A DNA stretch of 64,000 nt from Actinomycetota bacterium (GTDB taxonomy: Bacteria > Actinomycetota > Aquicultoria > UBA3085 > Oleimmundimicrobiaceae). The position numbers and the translations under genes are program-made. Within the stretch, counting starts at the first letter, position 1. Every line of letters begins with the position of its first letter. Shown in pieces: positions 63,735 to 64,000 of this stretch. Under the pieces are notes generated by a model. That model did not search any database and was not told where the DNA came from. It was given only the letters and a program-made list of their open reading frames with translations. The DNA is taken from positions 6,445 to 70,444 of the forward strand of contig JASEGU010000004.1 of assembly GCA_030017835.1 (NCBI GenBank), in the 5' to 3' direction.

Positions 63735-64000
63735 AGAGCGCAAAGTGGCTCTATGAGGGGCCGGCTATTTTTGGGGCGGCCATGATGACGGCAAGCCCTC
63801 GCGGGGCAAGCCTCCTCATTTTGGGAATGCTCGGCGACGGCTATCCTCTTTCCGAAATCGGTTTGGGCTTTGAAGTGGGCCGCCTTCCCGTCTCGACGAT
63901 CGCCCTCGGGCGGCGCGAGCTCTCGCTGGGGGCCCAAGAGAAGTTTTTGGCCGCCCTAAAGCGTCAGGACGAAGTGGTTTCCAACGGGGTTATAATGGTT
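63731..64000 (+). CDS. bchB: BchB/ChlB-like subunit (DPOR B-like), 5' partial; continues past the window end
   Basis: [21 protein letters not shown]…LILGMLGDGYP… matches the BchB N-terminus (MKLxxWxYEGPxHxGAMRVA…GPQGDTY), including the Asp36 equivalent. Confidence 0.65.
   Translation, partial: MKSAKWLYEGPAIFGAAMMTASPRGASLLILGMLGDGYPLSEIGLGFEVGRLPVSTIALGRRELSLGAQEKFLAALKRQDEVVSNGVIMV

Overview
This is a high-GC bacterial chromosomal window centred on the replication origin. The minus strand carries parB, parA, rsmG, mnmG, a chimeric mnmG-like ORF, mnmE, jag/khpB, yidC, yidD, rnpA and rpmH. The plus strand carries a GHKL-ATPase/wHTH ORF, then dnaA, dnaN, recF (disrupted), a DUF721/DciA-like gene, gyrB, gyrA, archease and rtcB. 

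After gyrA comes an Actinobacteria/Terrabacteria-style block: tRNA-Ile, tRNA-Ala, then pknB, pbpA, rodA/ftsW, a PP2C phosphatase, fhaB, fhaA and an extra membrane Ser/Thr kinase. 

Other content:
- two YtxH+Ddl modules;
- a class V (archaeal-type) FBP aldolase/phosphatase;
- a P-type Ca/cation ATPase;
- larE-larB-larC (nickel-pincer cofactor synthesis) with no larA in view;
- pheA and serS;
- nine tRNAs in total, including a Ser/Ser/Arg/Ser cluster with tadA next to its substrate tRNA-Arg(ACG);
- a DUF134 regulator paired with a NifX-like cofactor-binding protein;
- a short AT-rich islet after tRNA-Ser(CGA) carrying a decayed HNH nuclease.

At the 3' end is a Fur-family regulator, a NapH-like 4Fe-4S membrane ferredoxin and a BchL/BchN/BchB-like (DPOR-type, nitrogenase-like) three-gene cluster that runs off the window. 

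Several genes carry frameshifts: recF, a secreted beta-sandwich repeat protein, DUF4405, a polytopic membrane protein and the HNH gene. Some of these sit at homopolymers, so they may be real decay or indel-type sequencing errors. I found no rRNA, CRISPR array, transposase or integrase.
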